Part shown: in pieces, positions 49,457-59,078 of the stretch | Position numbering within the stretch: position 1 is the first letter of the stretch | Layout of the letters: every line of letters starts with the position of its first letter | Virus record (IMG/VR): IMGVR_UViG_3300025381_000002 | From: a virus | Direction: 5' to 3' (one strand) | Length of the DNA: 59,707 nucleotides | The notes under the pieces: model-generated | Databases searched by the model: none | Told to the model about the DNA's origin: nothing | The model's input: only the letters and a program-made list of their open reading frames with translations | Position numbers and translations under genes: made by a program

Positions 49457-50368
49457 ATGGCAATTTCACGCGCCCAGCTATTAAAAGAGTTATTACCGGG
49501 TCTGAACGCATTGTTCGGTTTAGAGTATGCTCGTTATGGTGAAGAACACAAAGAGATTTATGAAACTGAATCTTCAGAACGTTCTTTTGAAGAAGAAACA
49601 AAACTGACTGGTTTTTCAGCAGCTCCTGTCAAAAACGAAGGTCAAGCTCTTCAATATGACAATGCTCAAGAAGCTTGGACTGCTCGATACAACCATGAAA
49701 CTATTGCTTTAGGCTTCTCATTAACTGAGGAAGCTATTGAAGATAACTTGTACGACTCTTTGTCTGCTCGTTATACTAAAGCATTAGCCCGTGCAATGGC
49801 ATATACTAAACAAGTTAAAGCAGCTAATGTGCTTAACAATGGCTTTAGTTCTGCTGTTACTGGCGGTGACGGCCAACCATTGTTCTCAAGCGCTCACCCG
49901 TTAGTAAATGGTGGTACTAACAGCAACGTACCTTCTACTGCTGCTGATTTAAACGAAACCTCATTAGAAAATGCTGTGATTCAAATTGCTGCATGGACTG
50001 ACGAACGTGGTCTTTTAATCGCTGCTAAACCTAAAAAGTTGATTGTACCACCTGCATTACAATTCGTTGCTACTCGTTTGCTAGAAACTGAATTACGTGT
50101 TGGCACAACTGACAATGACATCAACGCGCTTAAGAACAATGGTGCTGTTCCAGAAGGTTATACTATTAACCACTACTTGACTGATGCTAATGCTTGGTTC
50201 TTAACAACGGACGTACCTAACGGGTTGAAGCATTTTATTCGTACTCCATTAAAGAACTCAATGGATGGTGATTTTGATACAGGCAACGTTCGCTATAAGA
50301 GTAGGGAACGCTACAGCTTCGGTTGGTCTGATTCATTAGGTATCTACGGTTCATCTGGTTCAAGTTGA
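49457..50368 (+). CDS. Major capsid protein (candidate)
   Basis: 303 aa with a strong RBS (GGAG). It follows the scaffold-type gene and is followed by a strong intrinsic terminator. Confidence 0.65.
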   Translation: MAISRAQLLKELLPGLNALFGLEYARYGEEHKEIYETESSERSFEEETKLTGFSAAPVKNEGQALQYDNAQEAWTARYNHETIALGFSLTEEAIEDNLYDSLSARYTKALARAMAYTKQVKAANVLNNGFSSAVTGGDGQPLFSSAHPLVNGGTNSNVPSTAADLNETSLENAVIQIAAWTDERGLLIAAKPKKLIVPPALQFVATRLLETELRVGTTDNDINALKNNGAVPEGYTINHYLTDANAWFLTTDVPNGLKHFIRTPLKNSMDGDFDTGNVRYKSRERYSFGWSDSLGIYGSSGSS

Positions 50369-50394
50369 TACAAATCAATAACTTAGGTTAGATT

Positions 50395-50421
50395 AAGGCT
50401 CACTTCGGTGAGCCTTTTTTA
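50395..50421 (+). terminator. Rho-independent terminator after the capsid gene
   Basis: Stem aaggctcac, loop ttcg, stem gtgagcctt, followed by a T-run. Confidence 0.8.
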
Positions 50422-50540
50422 TGGGTAAAAATAAAATTTGGATCATCGTCACATTGCTGCGTGTCGCATCTTTATCTGGGGCTGTGCCTAATACTTTCTT
50501 TTGGGTATTGGTATACAATATTTTTTTATTATTTAAGGCG

Positions 50541-50569
50541 TTTACAATATTAATGCGGTGCAATATAAT
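50541..50569 (+). promoter_or_regulatory. Near-consensus sigma70 promoter in front of the endonuclease-like gene
   Basis: TTTACA (50541-50546), a 17-nt spacer, then TATAAT (50564-50569). Confidence 0.55.
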
Positions 50570-50593
50570 AATTAAAAACAACAAAAGGATCAT

Positions 50594-52102
50594 TTGAACA
50601 TGCCAAAAATAATCACCCAAAAAGAATTTATAGATAAATGCCATAAAATACATAAAGAAAAATATGACCTATCTAATATTAAGTATGTGAATGCTAAAAC
50701 CAATATTGAAGTTACATGCTATATTCATGGTAGTTTTTATCCAAGCCCTGTAAATTTTACTTATGGGAAAACAGGCTGCCCTGCTTGTGCAGGTCGGGGA
50801 GTTGACTGGATTGAAAGATTTATAAAAGTGCATGGGGGTAAATATGATTATTCAAAATTTATTTATAGGGACTATAAAAAGAAAGTAATTATTATTTGTA
50901 GTACACATGGTGAATTTTTGCAAACACCAGATAATCATTATAGAAACGCTCAGGGCTGCCCAAAATGTAAGGGGAATAGAATACAAGTATCTAAGCAAAT
51001 GAGCTTTCAAGAATTTGTAGATAGGGCTAATAAGAAACATGATAGTAAATTTACTTATTCCTATACAAAATGGACAAATGTAAATACAGGTACTGTCGTG
51101 GTTCGATGCGAACATGGGGAAAATACTCAAACACCTGTGAATCATTTAAGTGGTAAAGTCCCATGTCTCAAATGTGGTAACACAAAATCAAAACCAGAAA
51201 TAGATGTTGCCGATTTTTTAAAAATATTTACTACCGTTATTCAAAGAGATCGGACATTGTTAAAACCAAAAGAATTAGACAGTTATTTGCCAAAAGAAAA
51301 AATAGCTGTGGAATTTAACGGTATGTATTGGCATAGTCATGGTGATGTTGACAGTGAATTAAAAAATAAAAATAATCATTATAACAAATACTTATCTTGC
51401 GCGGAAAAAGGAGTACGGCTGTTGACTATATATGAAAGCGAATGGAAAGATCACCAATATGCTATAAAAAGATTACTTAGAAATGCTGTGGGCAAAAGCA
51501 AAGGCAAGCTTATGGCCAGAAAGTGTGAATTAAAAAAAGTAGAACATAAGGACGCTAAAGACTTCTATGAAAAATATCATCCTCAAGGGGGTGCTGGAAA
51601 CGGGAATCACTATGGGCTCTATTGGAAAAATAAGCTTGTTGCCTGTATGCGGTTTACTTATGGGGCTAATGATAGAGGTGCAGGCGCGGCAACCAGAGTT
51701 TGGACTTTATCCAGATATGCCACAAGAACGACTATTTCGGGCGGGGCATCTAAATTGTTTAAAGCTTTTATACAAGAGCATAATCCTGCAGAAGTAAAGT
51801 CCTTTTCTGACAATAGGTATTTTTCTGGGGCAATGTACACTCAATTAGGTTTTGATTTAATCGAAGAAACCCCTCCTGATTATCAAGTATGGAGCCCTAA
51901 AATAGGGGTAAAACCCAAGTCACATTACCAAAGAAGGCATATAGCTCAGCGCTTAAAAGACCACAATAGCCCTGATAACTATGATGCCACATCAGACTCT
52001 CGGACTGAACGAGAAATGACTTACTTAATGGGGGCGAGAAGAATATACGACTGCGGAAAAAAGAAGTGGGTCTGGAAAAATCAACACTTGCAACAACCCT
52101 AA
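50594..52102 (+). CDS. Free-standing multi-domain homing-endonuclease-like protein
   Basis: Three ~60-aa modules (KYDYS...C.IHGEF...GCPxC), then IAVEFNGMYWHSH (Vsr/DUF559-like nuclease pattern), then ARKCELKKV...YHPQGG...YGLYW. The likely start is the ATG at 50600 after AAGGA. The DNA is visibly more A/T-rich than its flanks. Confidence 0.6.
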   Translation: MNMPKIITQKEFIDKCHKIHKEKYDLSNIKYVNAKTNIEVTCYIHGSFYPSPVNFTYGKTGCPACAGRGVDWIERFIKVHGGKYDYSKFIYRDYKKKVIIICSTHGEFLQTPDNHYRNAQGCPKCKGNRIQVSKQMSFQEFVDRANKKHDSKFTYSYTKWTNVNTGTVVVRCEHGENTQTPVNHLSGKVPCLKCGNTKSKPEIDVADFLKIFTTVIQRDRTLLKPKELDSYLPKEKIAVEFNGMYWHSHGDVDSELKNKNNHYNKYLSCAEKGVRLLTIYESEWKDHQYAIKRLLRNAVGKSKGKLMARKCELKKVEHKDAKDFYEKYHPQGGAGNGNHYGLYWKNKLVACMRFTYGANDRGAGAATRVWTLSRYATRTTISGGASKLFKAFIQEHNPAEVKSFSDNRYFSGAMYTQLGFDLIEETPPDYQVWSPKIGVKPKSHYQRRHIAQRLKDHNSPDNYDATSDSRTEREMTYLMGARRIYDCGKKKWVWKNQHLQQP

Positions 52103-52193
52103 AAAAAGAGTATAAGTACCTTTAACAGGGGAACATCCTGCTTATCAAACTGCCCCCACAGACGCATAGAAGATTGGTAAGCTTATACTTTCT

Positions 52194-52691
52194 ATGAAGG
52201 AAACTACAATGGGTTTAGCTACACACCTTGGGCCTTGGTTATTGGGCACTGTAAAAAATACAACAGGTACTGTTGCAGGTACTATTCGCAACACTGGGGT
52301 TACTTCTGTTGGTCAAACTGATCCTGTTGCTTACACAGATACTGCTGCTTCAACTTTAGCTGTTCTTCCAGCGGGTTCTTTAATTACCAATCTTGCGTTA
52401 TATCAAACCACTAAATTTGCTGGTACTTCTGGCGTAATTACTATTTATCTTAATGGTACTGCTATTGCAGCGACTTCAGCAATTACTGCTGGGGCTTCAG
52501 GTATTATTTATTTTGTTCCCGCTTCTGACGCTCAAACAGCCCTATTTGCTAATGTTGGCTCAACTGATGCGATTATTACTTACACTGTAGGTTCTTCTGG
52601 AACTTTCTCTGCTGGAGCTGGATTTTTCTTAGTTGAGTACTTAGTACGAAATTCAGATGGTTCATCTGCACCCACTGCATATACTGCATAA
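52194..52691 (+). CDS. Virion structural protein (Thr/Gly/Ala-rich)
   Basis: About 160 aa. The likely start is the ATG at 52209 after AAGGA. It has its own terminator downstream. Confidence 0.5.
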   Translation: MKETTMGLATHLGPWLLGTVKNTTGTVAGTIRNTGVTSVGQTDPVAYTDTAASTLAVLPAGSLITNLALYQTTKFAGTSGVITIYLNGTAIAATSAITAGASGIIYFVPASDAQTALFANVGSTDAIITYTVGSSGTFSAGAGFFLVEYLVRNSDGSSAPTAYTA

Positions 52692-52701
52692 TTAATGTAT
52701 T

Positions 52702-52724
52702 AGGGGGTGCTAACCCCCTTTTTA
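52702..52724 (+). terminator. Rho-independent terminator
   Basis: Stem agggggt, loop gcta, stem accccct, followed by tttt. Confidence 0.7.
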
Positions 52725-52746
52725 TAAACCCAGTAGGAGATTAATT

Positions 52747-53043
52747 ATGGCTATGCAGTTTGACGTAAAAAGCAAACATTTAAGTGCGGCTGGCAGCATC
52801 TATGCCGATAGAGCTAGACTTAAAGGTATTGTGGTAGCTCCTGCTATTAGTACAGCAGCTACTTTTGAATTTAGAGATGGGGGGGCTACAGGTGAAATTC
52901 TGTATCAGATGGATATTCCCGTAAACTCAAACCCCAATACATTTGATGTTCTTATACCTGGGGAAGGTATTTTATTCCGCACTAATATTTATTTAACTCT
53001 TAGTGTTGGCTCGGTAACGGGTGTCACTGCATTTTACGGTTAA
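52747..53043 (+). CDS. Structural-module hypothetical protein
   Basis: A 98-aa ORF with an AGGAG RBS. Confidence 0.5.
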   Translation: MAMQFDVKSKHLSAAGSIYADRARLKGIVVAPAISTAATFEFRDGGATGEILYQMDIPVNSNPNTFDVLIPGEGILFRTNIYLTLSVGSVTGVTAFYG

Positions 53044-53296
53044 GATTATGCCTGATAACACGCCTGAAATTAGAAACGCAAGAGAGTTAGCTTCACACAG
53101 CACAGAGATTAAACATTTGCAAACTGACATGGATAAACTAAGCAAAGACATGGAAGAGGTTAAAGACGCTCTTAGAGAGATAAGTCACACCTTGTCGGCA
53201 GCTAAAGGTGGTTGGCACATGCTTATGGTTGTTGGAAGTATAGGGGCTGGTATAGGTGCTGGTGTGACATGGGTAATTGATTTTATGAAACACTGA
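53021..53296 (+). CDS. Coiled-coil protein with C-terminal transmembrane segment (holin-like candidate)
   Basis: GGWHMLMVVGSIGAGIGAGVTWVIDFM at the C-terminus. Confidence 0.4.
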   Translation: MSLHFTVKIMPDNTPEIRNARELASHSTEIKHLQTDMDKLSKDMEEVKDALREISHTLSAAKGGWHMLMVVGSIGAGIGAGVTWVIDFMKH

Positions 53297-53583
53297 TGGC
53301 TACTAAATCTAAAAAAGCTCCAGTGCTAGCTGTTGGCAGAGGCGAGAAATTACCTGTATCTAAAGGTGCGGGCTTAACTGCCAAAGGTAGATCCAAATAT
53401 AATGCGGCTACTGGTTCTAATTTAAAAGCCCCTGCTCCTCATCCAAAAACAAAAGCAGATGAGGGCAGGAAAAAATCATTTTGTGCAAGAATGAGTGGGG
53501 CAAAAGGCCCTATGAAAGATGAAAATGGTAATCCTACTCGTAAAGCAGCGGCATTAAAAAGGTGGAATTGCAGTGCCAAGTAA
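53296..53583 (+). CDS. Small basic protein
   Basis: 95 aa, Lys/Ala/Gly-rich, with RKKSFCARM...AALKRWNC. Confidence 0.5.
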   Translation: MATKSKKAPVLAVGRGEKLPVSKGAGLTAKGRSKYNAATGSNLKAPAPHPKTKADEGRKKSFCARMSGAKGPMKDENGNPTRKAAALKRWNCSAK

Positions 53584-54187
53584 AAATTTAAAACAACATA
53601 AGTTAATGGAAGCCGTAGCACATAACAAAGGCTTTGCTAAGAAAGTGGGTATTCCACAATCAGTAGGTAAAGACTTTGCTGCTGCAGATAAAGGTAAACA
53701 ATTTAAAACAGGTGGCGATGTGGCTAATTTAAAAAAATTATTTAAAGGTAAAGAATCTAAAGCCGAAGAACTTAAAGAAGCTAAAGCTATTAAGTCTGGC
53801 AAAATTTCTCCTGAGCAATATGCTAAAGGAGAAGAGATGGGAAAAGGTATGAAAAAAGGTGGTAAATGTTACGCTGCTGGGGGTGTCACCAAGCAACTTC
53901 CTTCTTCAAAAGATATGGGTTCACTAGGCATGAAAAAAGGTGGCAATGTTAAAGAAGTGATTGGCCCTAAAACAATGTCAAAAGATGTTGAAAAAGGCTC
54001 AAACAAATTAACTAAATTTGGTGAATCTGTTATACAAAAACGTGGCAAAACCAAAGGAACTAGCTTAGGTGATTCAGGAAAAATTGAAGGTATCGAAGGT
54101 TTTAAACCTAAGAAATTTGCTAAAGGCGGTTGTACTAGAGCCGATGGTATTGCTCAAAAAGGCAAAACAAAAGGTCGTTACATCTAA
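53573..54187 (+). CDS. Lys/Gly-rich basic protein with KGKTKG and [YF]A.GG motifs
   Basis: 204 aa containing QKRGKTKGTSLG, AQKGKTKGRYI, CYAAGGVT and FAKGGCT. Confidence 0.55.
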   Translation: MPSKNLKQHKLMEAVAHNKGFAKKVGIPQSVGKDFAAADKGKQFKTGGDVANLKKLFKGKESKAEELKEAKAIKSGKISPEQYAKGEEMGKGMKKGGKCYAAGGVTKQLPSSKDMGSLGMKKGGNVKEVIGPKTMSKDVEKGSNKLTKFGESVIQKRGKTKGTSLGDSGKIEGIEGFKPKKFAKGGCTRADGIAQKGKTKGRYI

Positions 54188-54354
54188 TGATGGCTAGTCG
54201 AGGTATGGGGGATATAAACCCATCTAAAATGCCAAACAAGAAAAAGATTATTCGTAAGGATGATCCCAATGATGTAGATGTGTACAAAAAAGGAGGGGTG
54301 ACTAAATCATTTCCTCCTAATACTAAACCCAAAAGCAAACGGGCTAAGAAATGA
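54187..54354 (+). CDS. Small basic protein (55 aa, below the ORF-track cut-off)
   Basis: The ATG overlaps the upstream TAA (TAATG), and the TGA overlaps the next ATG (ATGA). The protein is Lys-rich. Confidence 0.35.
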   Translation: MMASRGMGDINPSKMPNKKKIIRKDDPNDVDVYKKGGVTKSFPPNTKPKSKRAKK

Positions 54355-55079
54355 CAACTTCGGGCACAAGTAGTTTTAATTTATCCGTTACAGATCTTGT
54401 TGAGGAAGCCTTTGAAAGATGTGGGGCTGAACTACGTAACGGGTATGATTTACGAACTGCTCGAAGAAGTCTTAACTTATTGACCGTAGAATGGGCTAAC
54501 ATTGGGATTAATTTATGGACTATTGAAGAGGGGACTATCCCTTTAATCCCTGGCCAAATTAATTATGACTTACCAAACGATACAATAGATTTATTAGATC
54601 AAGTTGTTCGCACAGGATCAGGCCAACAACAAACTGATATTAATATTAACAGAATTTCATCGTCTACTTATTCGACTATCCCTAATAAGAATGCAACAGG
54701 TAGGCCGATACAAGTTTGGATAAACAGACAATCAGGAGCTACATATCCTGTTACAGGCGTAGCTAATCCTCAGATAAATGTGTGGCCTACCCCAGATCAA
54801 GGTACAGCTGATAACCCATATTATTATTTTGTATATTGGCGTTTAAGACGTATCCAAGACTCAGGTAATGGTGATAATACTCAAGATATACCCTTTCGTT
54901 TTTTAAACGCTATGGTCGCAGGATTATCTTATTATCTTTCTATGAAGCTCCCCAATGCAGATATGAACCGCTCTATGGGTCTTAAAGCTGAATATGATAG
55001 GCAGTTGCAATTAGCGACAGAAGAAGATCGCGATAAAGCCCCTGACAGGTACGTGCCTAGAATTGGGTATGGCGGATAA
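54351..55079 (+). CDS. Virion structural protein (head-tail adaptor candidate)
   Basis: 242 aa with N-terminal FNLSVTDLVEEAFERCG...RSLNLLTVEWANIGINLW. Confidence 0.45.
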   Translation: MTTSGTSSFNLSVTDLVEEAFERCGAELRNGYDLRTARRSLNLLTVEWANIGINLWTIEEGTIPLIPGQINYDLPNDTIDLLDQVVRTGSGQQQTDININRISSSTYSTIPNKNATGRPIQVWINRQSGATYPVTGVANPQINVWPTPDQGTADNPYYYFVYWRLRRIQDSGNGDNTQDIPFRFLNAMVAGLSYYLSMKLPNADMNRSMGLKAEYDRQLQLATEEDRDKAPDRYVPRIGYGG

Positions 55080-55462
55080 TGGCTACTAAGTACGCTGCTG
55101 GCAAGTACGCTATAAGCGAATGTGATATTTGTGGACAACGATACAAACTGCATCAGCTAAAAAAGCTTGTTATTAAGACTAAAACAGTGGCAATTAAAGC
55201 TTGTCCTGAATGTTGGAATGAAGATCATCCTCAGCTTAAGCTGGGCATGTATCCTGTTTTTGATCCTCAAGCTGTTTTAGAACCTAGACCAGATAATAGT
55301 TACCAAACATCAGGTTTAGATACGAATGGGTATCAAGGCGAAGGGTCAAGAGTATTTCAATGGGGATGGGCGCCAGTTGGCGGCTCTCGTGCAAATGATG
55401 TATTATTAACACAAAATGATTTAGTAGCGACAACATATGTCGGTTCAGTAACAACTTCTTAG
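55079..55462 (+). CDS. Zinc-ribbon structural-module protein
   Basis: CDICGQRYKLHQL...CPECWNEDHPQ. Confidence 0.5.
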   Translation: MATKYAAGKYAISECDICGQRYKLHQLKKLVIKTKTVAIKACPECWNEDHPQLKLGMYPVFDPQAVLEPRPDNSYQTSGLDTNGYQGEGSRVFQWGWAPVGGSRANDVLLTQNDLVATTYVGSVTTS

Positions 55463-55471
55463 GAGTACGAA

Positions 55472-55657
55472 ATGGCTAAAGGCGATGGTATAGAAAGTAA
55501 AGGCAAAACCAAAGGTAAACAATTGGGCATCGATGGTTCTAAAGTTGGTCAAGATGGAATCATGTTATCTAAAGGTAAAGCTAAAACAGTATCTTCAGAA
55601 GCAATGAAAAAGTTTGGTCGTAATTTAGCACGTGCTAAAAATCAAGGCGGTAAATAA
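55472..55657 (+). CDS. Small Lys/Gly-rich basic protein (KGKTKG motif)
   Basis: 61 aa containing ESKGKTKGKQLG. Confidence 0.5.
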   Translation: MAKGDGIESKGKTKGKQLGIDGSKVGQDGIMLSKGKAKTVSSEAMKKFGRNLARAKNQGGK

Positions 55658-55818
55658 TGGCTAAGTCTGATGAAAATAAATATAAGCAACCCCAACCAAA
55701 CAATGCGCCAACAGGTAACAACGGTTATCCAGATGCTGGTATCAAAACTGAGGGTGTTAAAGCTAGAGGAAAAGGCGCTGCAACTAAAGGCTATACTTCA
55801 CGCGGCCCAATGGGTTAA
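55657..55818 (+). CDS. Small basic protein (53 aa, below the ORF-track cut-off)
   Basis: A TAATG overlap with the upstream gene. The translation includes VKARGKGAATKGYTSRGPMG. Confidence 0.35.
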   Translation: MAKSDENKYKQPQPNNAPTGNNGYPDAGIKTEGVKARGKGAATKGYTSRGPMG

Positions 55819-55841
55819 TATTTTTCCTATATAGGATTATT

Positions 55842-56519
55842 ATGAATCTCCAACAAATTACCCAAGCAATCCAAGATTACTCTGAAAATACAGAGTCTTT
55901 GTTTGTGTCTAATATCGGTTTATTCCTGCGACAAGCAGAAGATCGTATATATAATACGGTACATATTCCTGTACTTAGAAAAAATGTAACAGGTAATTTA
56001 ACAGCAGCTAACCCTTATCTATCTTGCCCTAATGATTTCTTATCTGTATATTCATTAGCAGTCATTGATACTTCAGGTAATTATTCTTATCTGATAGATA
56101 AAGATGTGAGTTTCATTAGAGAAGCATATTCTAACCCTACTAATCAAGGGCTGCCAAAATACTATGCTATGTTTGGTCCACAACTTTCTAATATGTTGGA
56201 CATATCTTTATTAGCCGCGCCAACACCTGATTCAAATTATAATGTGGAATTGCATTATTTTTATTGCCCTGTATCTATCACTGATACTGTCAATAATCCA
56301 GCAGGTGTTACCTGGTTAAGTGATAACTACGATCCTGCTTTGTTTTATGGTGCTATGCGAGAGGCTATGCTTTTTATGAAACAAGAACAAGATATGGTTA
56401 CATATTATGAACAAAAATATCAAGAAGCCATTGGTCAACTAACTAGGCTAGTGAACGGATTGGAACGCGGAGACGCGTATAGAAATAATCAAATCAAGAT
56501 ACCGTATAATACATTATGA
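55842..56519 (+). CDS. Virion structural protein (head-tail joining candidate)
   Basis: 225 aa with the N-terminal pattern LFLRQAEDRIYN... Confidence 0.45.
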   Translation: MNLQQITQAIQDYSENTESLFVSNIGLFLRQAEDRIYNTVHIPVLRKNVTGNLTAANPYLSCPNDFLSVYSLAVIDTSGNYSYLIDKDVSFIREAYSNPTNQGLPKYYAMFGPQLSNMLDISLLAAPTPDSNYNVELHYFYCPVSITDTVNNPAGVTWLSDNYDPALFYGAMREAMLFMKQEQDMVTYYEQKYQEAIGQLTRLVNGLERGDAYRNNQIKIPYNTL

Positions 56520-56941
56520 TAGCACAAGGCCAATGCACCATTTTCAAACAAAACTTGTTGAATGGGTTAGAAAATTTTTCTGCCACGTCCCCTTATTTTT
56601 ATCAGATCGCTTTATATACTTCTAATGCCTCTTTAGGTAGTTCAACATTAGCGTATACACCTATTGGTGAAGTATCAGGTACAGGTTATTCTGCTGGGGG
56701 CGCACCTATTTTACCAACACCTGCGGTATTGTCAGGGACAACAGCATATATTTCTTTTTCAAATATAACATGGCCTTCTGCTTCTTTTGTAGCTAGAGGC
56801 GCTTTGATATATAACTACACTACAAAAGCCGCTGTTGCAGTTCTTGACTTCGGTGCGGATAAAACAGCAAAGCTAGGAACACCGTTTACAATAACTTTTC
56901 CACCAGATACAGCTACAACAGCTCTTATAAGAATTTCATAG
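56516..56941 (+). CDS. Structural protein, beta-rich
   Basis: 141 aa, overlapping the upstream gene. Confidence 0.5.
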   Translation: MIAQGQCTIFKQNLLNGLENFSATSPYFYQIALYTSNASLGSSTLAYTPIGEVSGTGYSAGGAPILPTPAVLSGTTAYISFSNITWPSASFVARGALIYNYTTKAAVAVLDFGADKTAKLGTPFTITFPPDTATTALIRIS

Positions 56942-56951
56942 GAATATAAAA

Positions 56952-57518
56952 ATGCAAATTGAACACATAAAATCAGGCGACGTTTGTTCGGCAACAGTTA
57001 CTCGCGGTGCAGGTCATACAGAAGGAATGGAGATGCACGGTCACTATCATGTGGTGTGCCATGATAAAGATGGCAATCTTAAATGGGAAGATGAGATAGA
57101 AAACCTTGTAACTACTGTTGGTAAAAACCTAACCATTACTGGCGCATTAACTAACGCTGCTCAAGGTATTGCATACATGGGTCTTAAAGGCACAGGCACG
57201 GCCGTTGTTGGTGACACACAGGCATCTCATGGGGCTTGGCTAGAAGTAGGCCTTGCCAATGCGCCAACGTATACTGGTCCTCGTAAAACACCCACATGGG
57301 GTACAGCCGCATCAGGCGCTATCTCCCCAACATCTGCTCAGGTGTTTGCAATGACAGGTTCAGGTACTGTTGCTGGTTGTTTTGTAAATGTAGGTGGCAC
57401 ATCAACTATTGATAATACTACAGGCACTTTGTTCTCAGCCGGTGATTTCACTGCAGGGTCTAAAACAGTAACTAATGGCGATTCCATTTCTGTAACATAT
57501 ACCGCAACCGCCGCTTAA
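56952..57518 (+). CDS. Structural protein, beta-rich
   Basis: 188 aa, Gly/Thr/Ala-rich. Confidence 0.5.
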   Translation: MQIEHIKSGDVCSATVTRGAGHTEGMEMHGHYHVVCHDKDGNLKWEDEIENLVTTVGKNLTITGALTNAAQGIAYMGLKGTGTAVVGDTQASHGAWLEVGLANAPTYTGPRKTPTWGTAASGAISPTSAQVFAMTGSGTVAGCFVNVGGTSTIDNTTGTLFSAGDFTAGSKTVTNGDSISVTYTATAA

Positions 57519-57530
57519 CAAGAGATTACT

Positions 57531-58577
57531 ATGGCATTAATACTAGCAGATCGAGTTAAAGAAACAACTACTATTACTGGCACAGGCACGGCTTCCCTTT
57601 TGGGAGCTACCACAGGTTTTCAATCTTTTTCTGCTGGCGTAGGCAACAGTAACACAACTTATTATTGTATTGCAGATCAAGGCGGCCCTAACTGGGAAGT
57701 TGGCTTAGGAACATATACTGCTGTTGGTAGTACGCTGTCAAGGACAACCGTGTTGGCTTCTTCTAATGCTGGCTCGTTAGTAGTATTCACTACAGGTGTT
57801 AAAGACGTATTTGTAACCTACCCGTCTTCAAAAGGCATATGGAAAGACGCCTCAGGTAATGCTATTGGATTAGGAACACCCTCTGCTTTTGTTGCTACTA
57901 ATGTAACTGGTCTACCTTTGACTACAGGTGTTACAGGGACTTTGCCTGTAGCAAATGGTGGTACAGGTGTTACTACCAGCACAGGAACTGGAAGCACAGT
58001 CTTAAGTGAATCGCCCACATTAAGTAACCCAACCTACACAGGCACACTCACAGGCTCTACAGGCATACTAAACATTGGCTCTGGCCAATTGTATAAAGAT
58101 GCTTCCGGTAACGTGGGCATTGGGGCTAGTTCGCCAAGCGCTTCTTCAAAGCTAGTTGTAAATGGCAATACACCGACTGCGGGTATGGTTTCAATAAAAG
58201 GAAATGCTGGTGGTATCTCATTAGCATTATCAGATAATATAAATAGTTCTTTATATGTTAAACATTCAAGCCCTGTTACTTTTGGTACTGATATTGGTGG
58301 CGCATTAGCGTTTTCTGTAAATGGGTTTAATGAAGCCATGCGCATCGACTCCAGCGGCAACGTGGGGATTGGGACTAGTTCGCCAACAGGAAAATTAGAC
58401 GTAGCGGGAACAATAAAAACTTTAGGCTATACAGTAGCTACATTGCCAACAGGCGTAACTGGAGCAAGAGCCTATGTAACTAATGCTTTAGCGCCTACAT
58501 ATGGCGCAACAGTCGTAGCAGGCGGTGCAGTCACCATACCTGTATTTTATAACGGTACAAATTGGATAGTAGGGTAA
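57531..58577 (+). CDS. Tail fibre protein
   Basis: Fibre motifs GVTGTLPVANGGTGVTT and SESPTLSNPTYTGTLTG, plus a repeated SGNVGIG.SSP segment. Confidence 0.7.
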   Translation: MALILADRVKETTTITGTGTASLLGATTGFQSFSAGVGNSNTTYYCIADQGGPNWEVGLGTYTAVGSTLSRTTVLASSNAGSLVVFTTGVKDVFVTYPSSKGIWKDASGNAIGLGTPSAFVATNVTGLPLTTGVTGTLPVANGGTGVTTSTGTGSTVLSESPTLSNPTYTGTLTGSTGILNIGSGQLYKDASGNVGIGASSPSASSKLVVNGNTPTAGMVSIKGNAGGISLALSDNINSSLYVKHSSPVTFGTDIGGALAFSVNGFNEAMRIDSSGNVGIGTSSPTGKLDVAGTIKTLGYTVATLPTGVTGARAYVTNALAPTYGATVVAGGAVTIPVFYNGTNWIVG

Positions 58578-58581
58578 TAAA

Positions 58582-58911
58582 ATGATTACAAACAAATGGA
58601 ACATCGTAGCACTGAACTGCAAACCTGATGTCAATGGTATGCTTGATTACGTTGTAACTTCACACTGGACTTTAACTGCTACAGACGGTACTTACACAGG
58701 CTCAGTTTACGGCACAGCATCTTTTGAGGTTGATGAAACTAAACCAAACTACACACCTTATACTAACTTAACTTTAGATGAAGTCATTGCTTGGACACAA
58801 GCAGCATTGGGCGCAGAACAAGTAGCATCGTATGAAGCAAACGTAGCAAGCCAAATTGAAGCACAAATTAACCCAACTATAGTAACTCCACCTCTACCTT
58901 GGATTGTATAA
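58582..58911 (+). CDS. Hypothetical protein (fibre-module)
   Basis: A 109-aa ORF. Confidence 0.5.
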   Translation: MITNKWNIVALNCKPDVNGMLDYVVTSHWTLTATDGTYTGSVYGTASFEVDETKPNYTPYTNLTLDEVIAWTQAALGAEQVASYEANVASQIEAQINPTIVTPPLPWIV

Positions 58912-58913
58912 AA

Positions 58914-59078
58914 ATGATTGGTTTAAACTTAAGCGTACAAGAAATTAACTTAATCCTACAAGCATTGGGACAAGCACCGTATGTTCAAGTAGCAGAGTTA
59001 GTTGAGAAGATCAAAGCTCAAGCAGTACCTCAAGTCGAGGCGTTGCCAAAAGAAGATGTTGTAGCTACAGCTGAATAA
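58914..59078 (+). CDS. Small hypothetical protein (54 aa, below the ORF-track cut-off)
   Basis: The ATG is at 58914 and TAA at 59076-59078, which overlaps the ATG of the repeat fibre gene. Confidence 0.35.
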   Translation: MIGLNLSVQEINLILQALGQAPYVQVAELVEKIKAQAVPQVEALPKEDVVATAE

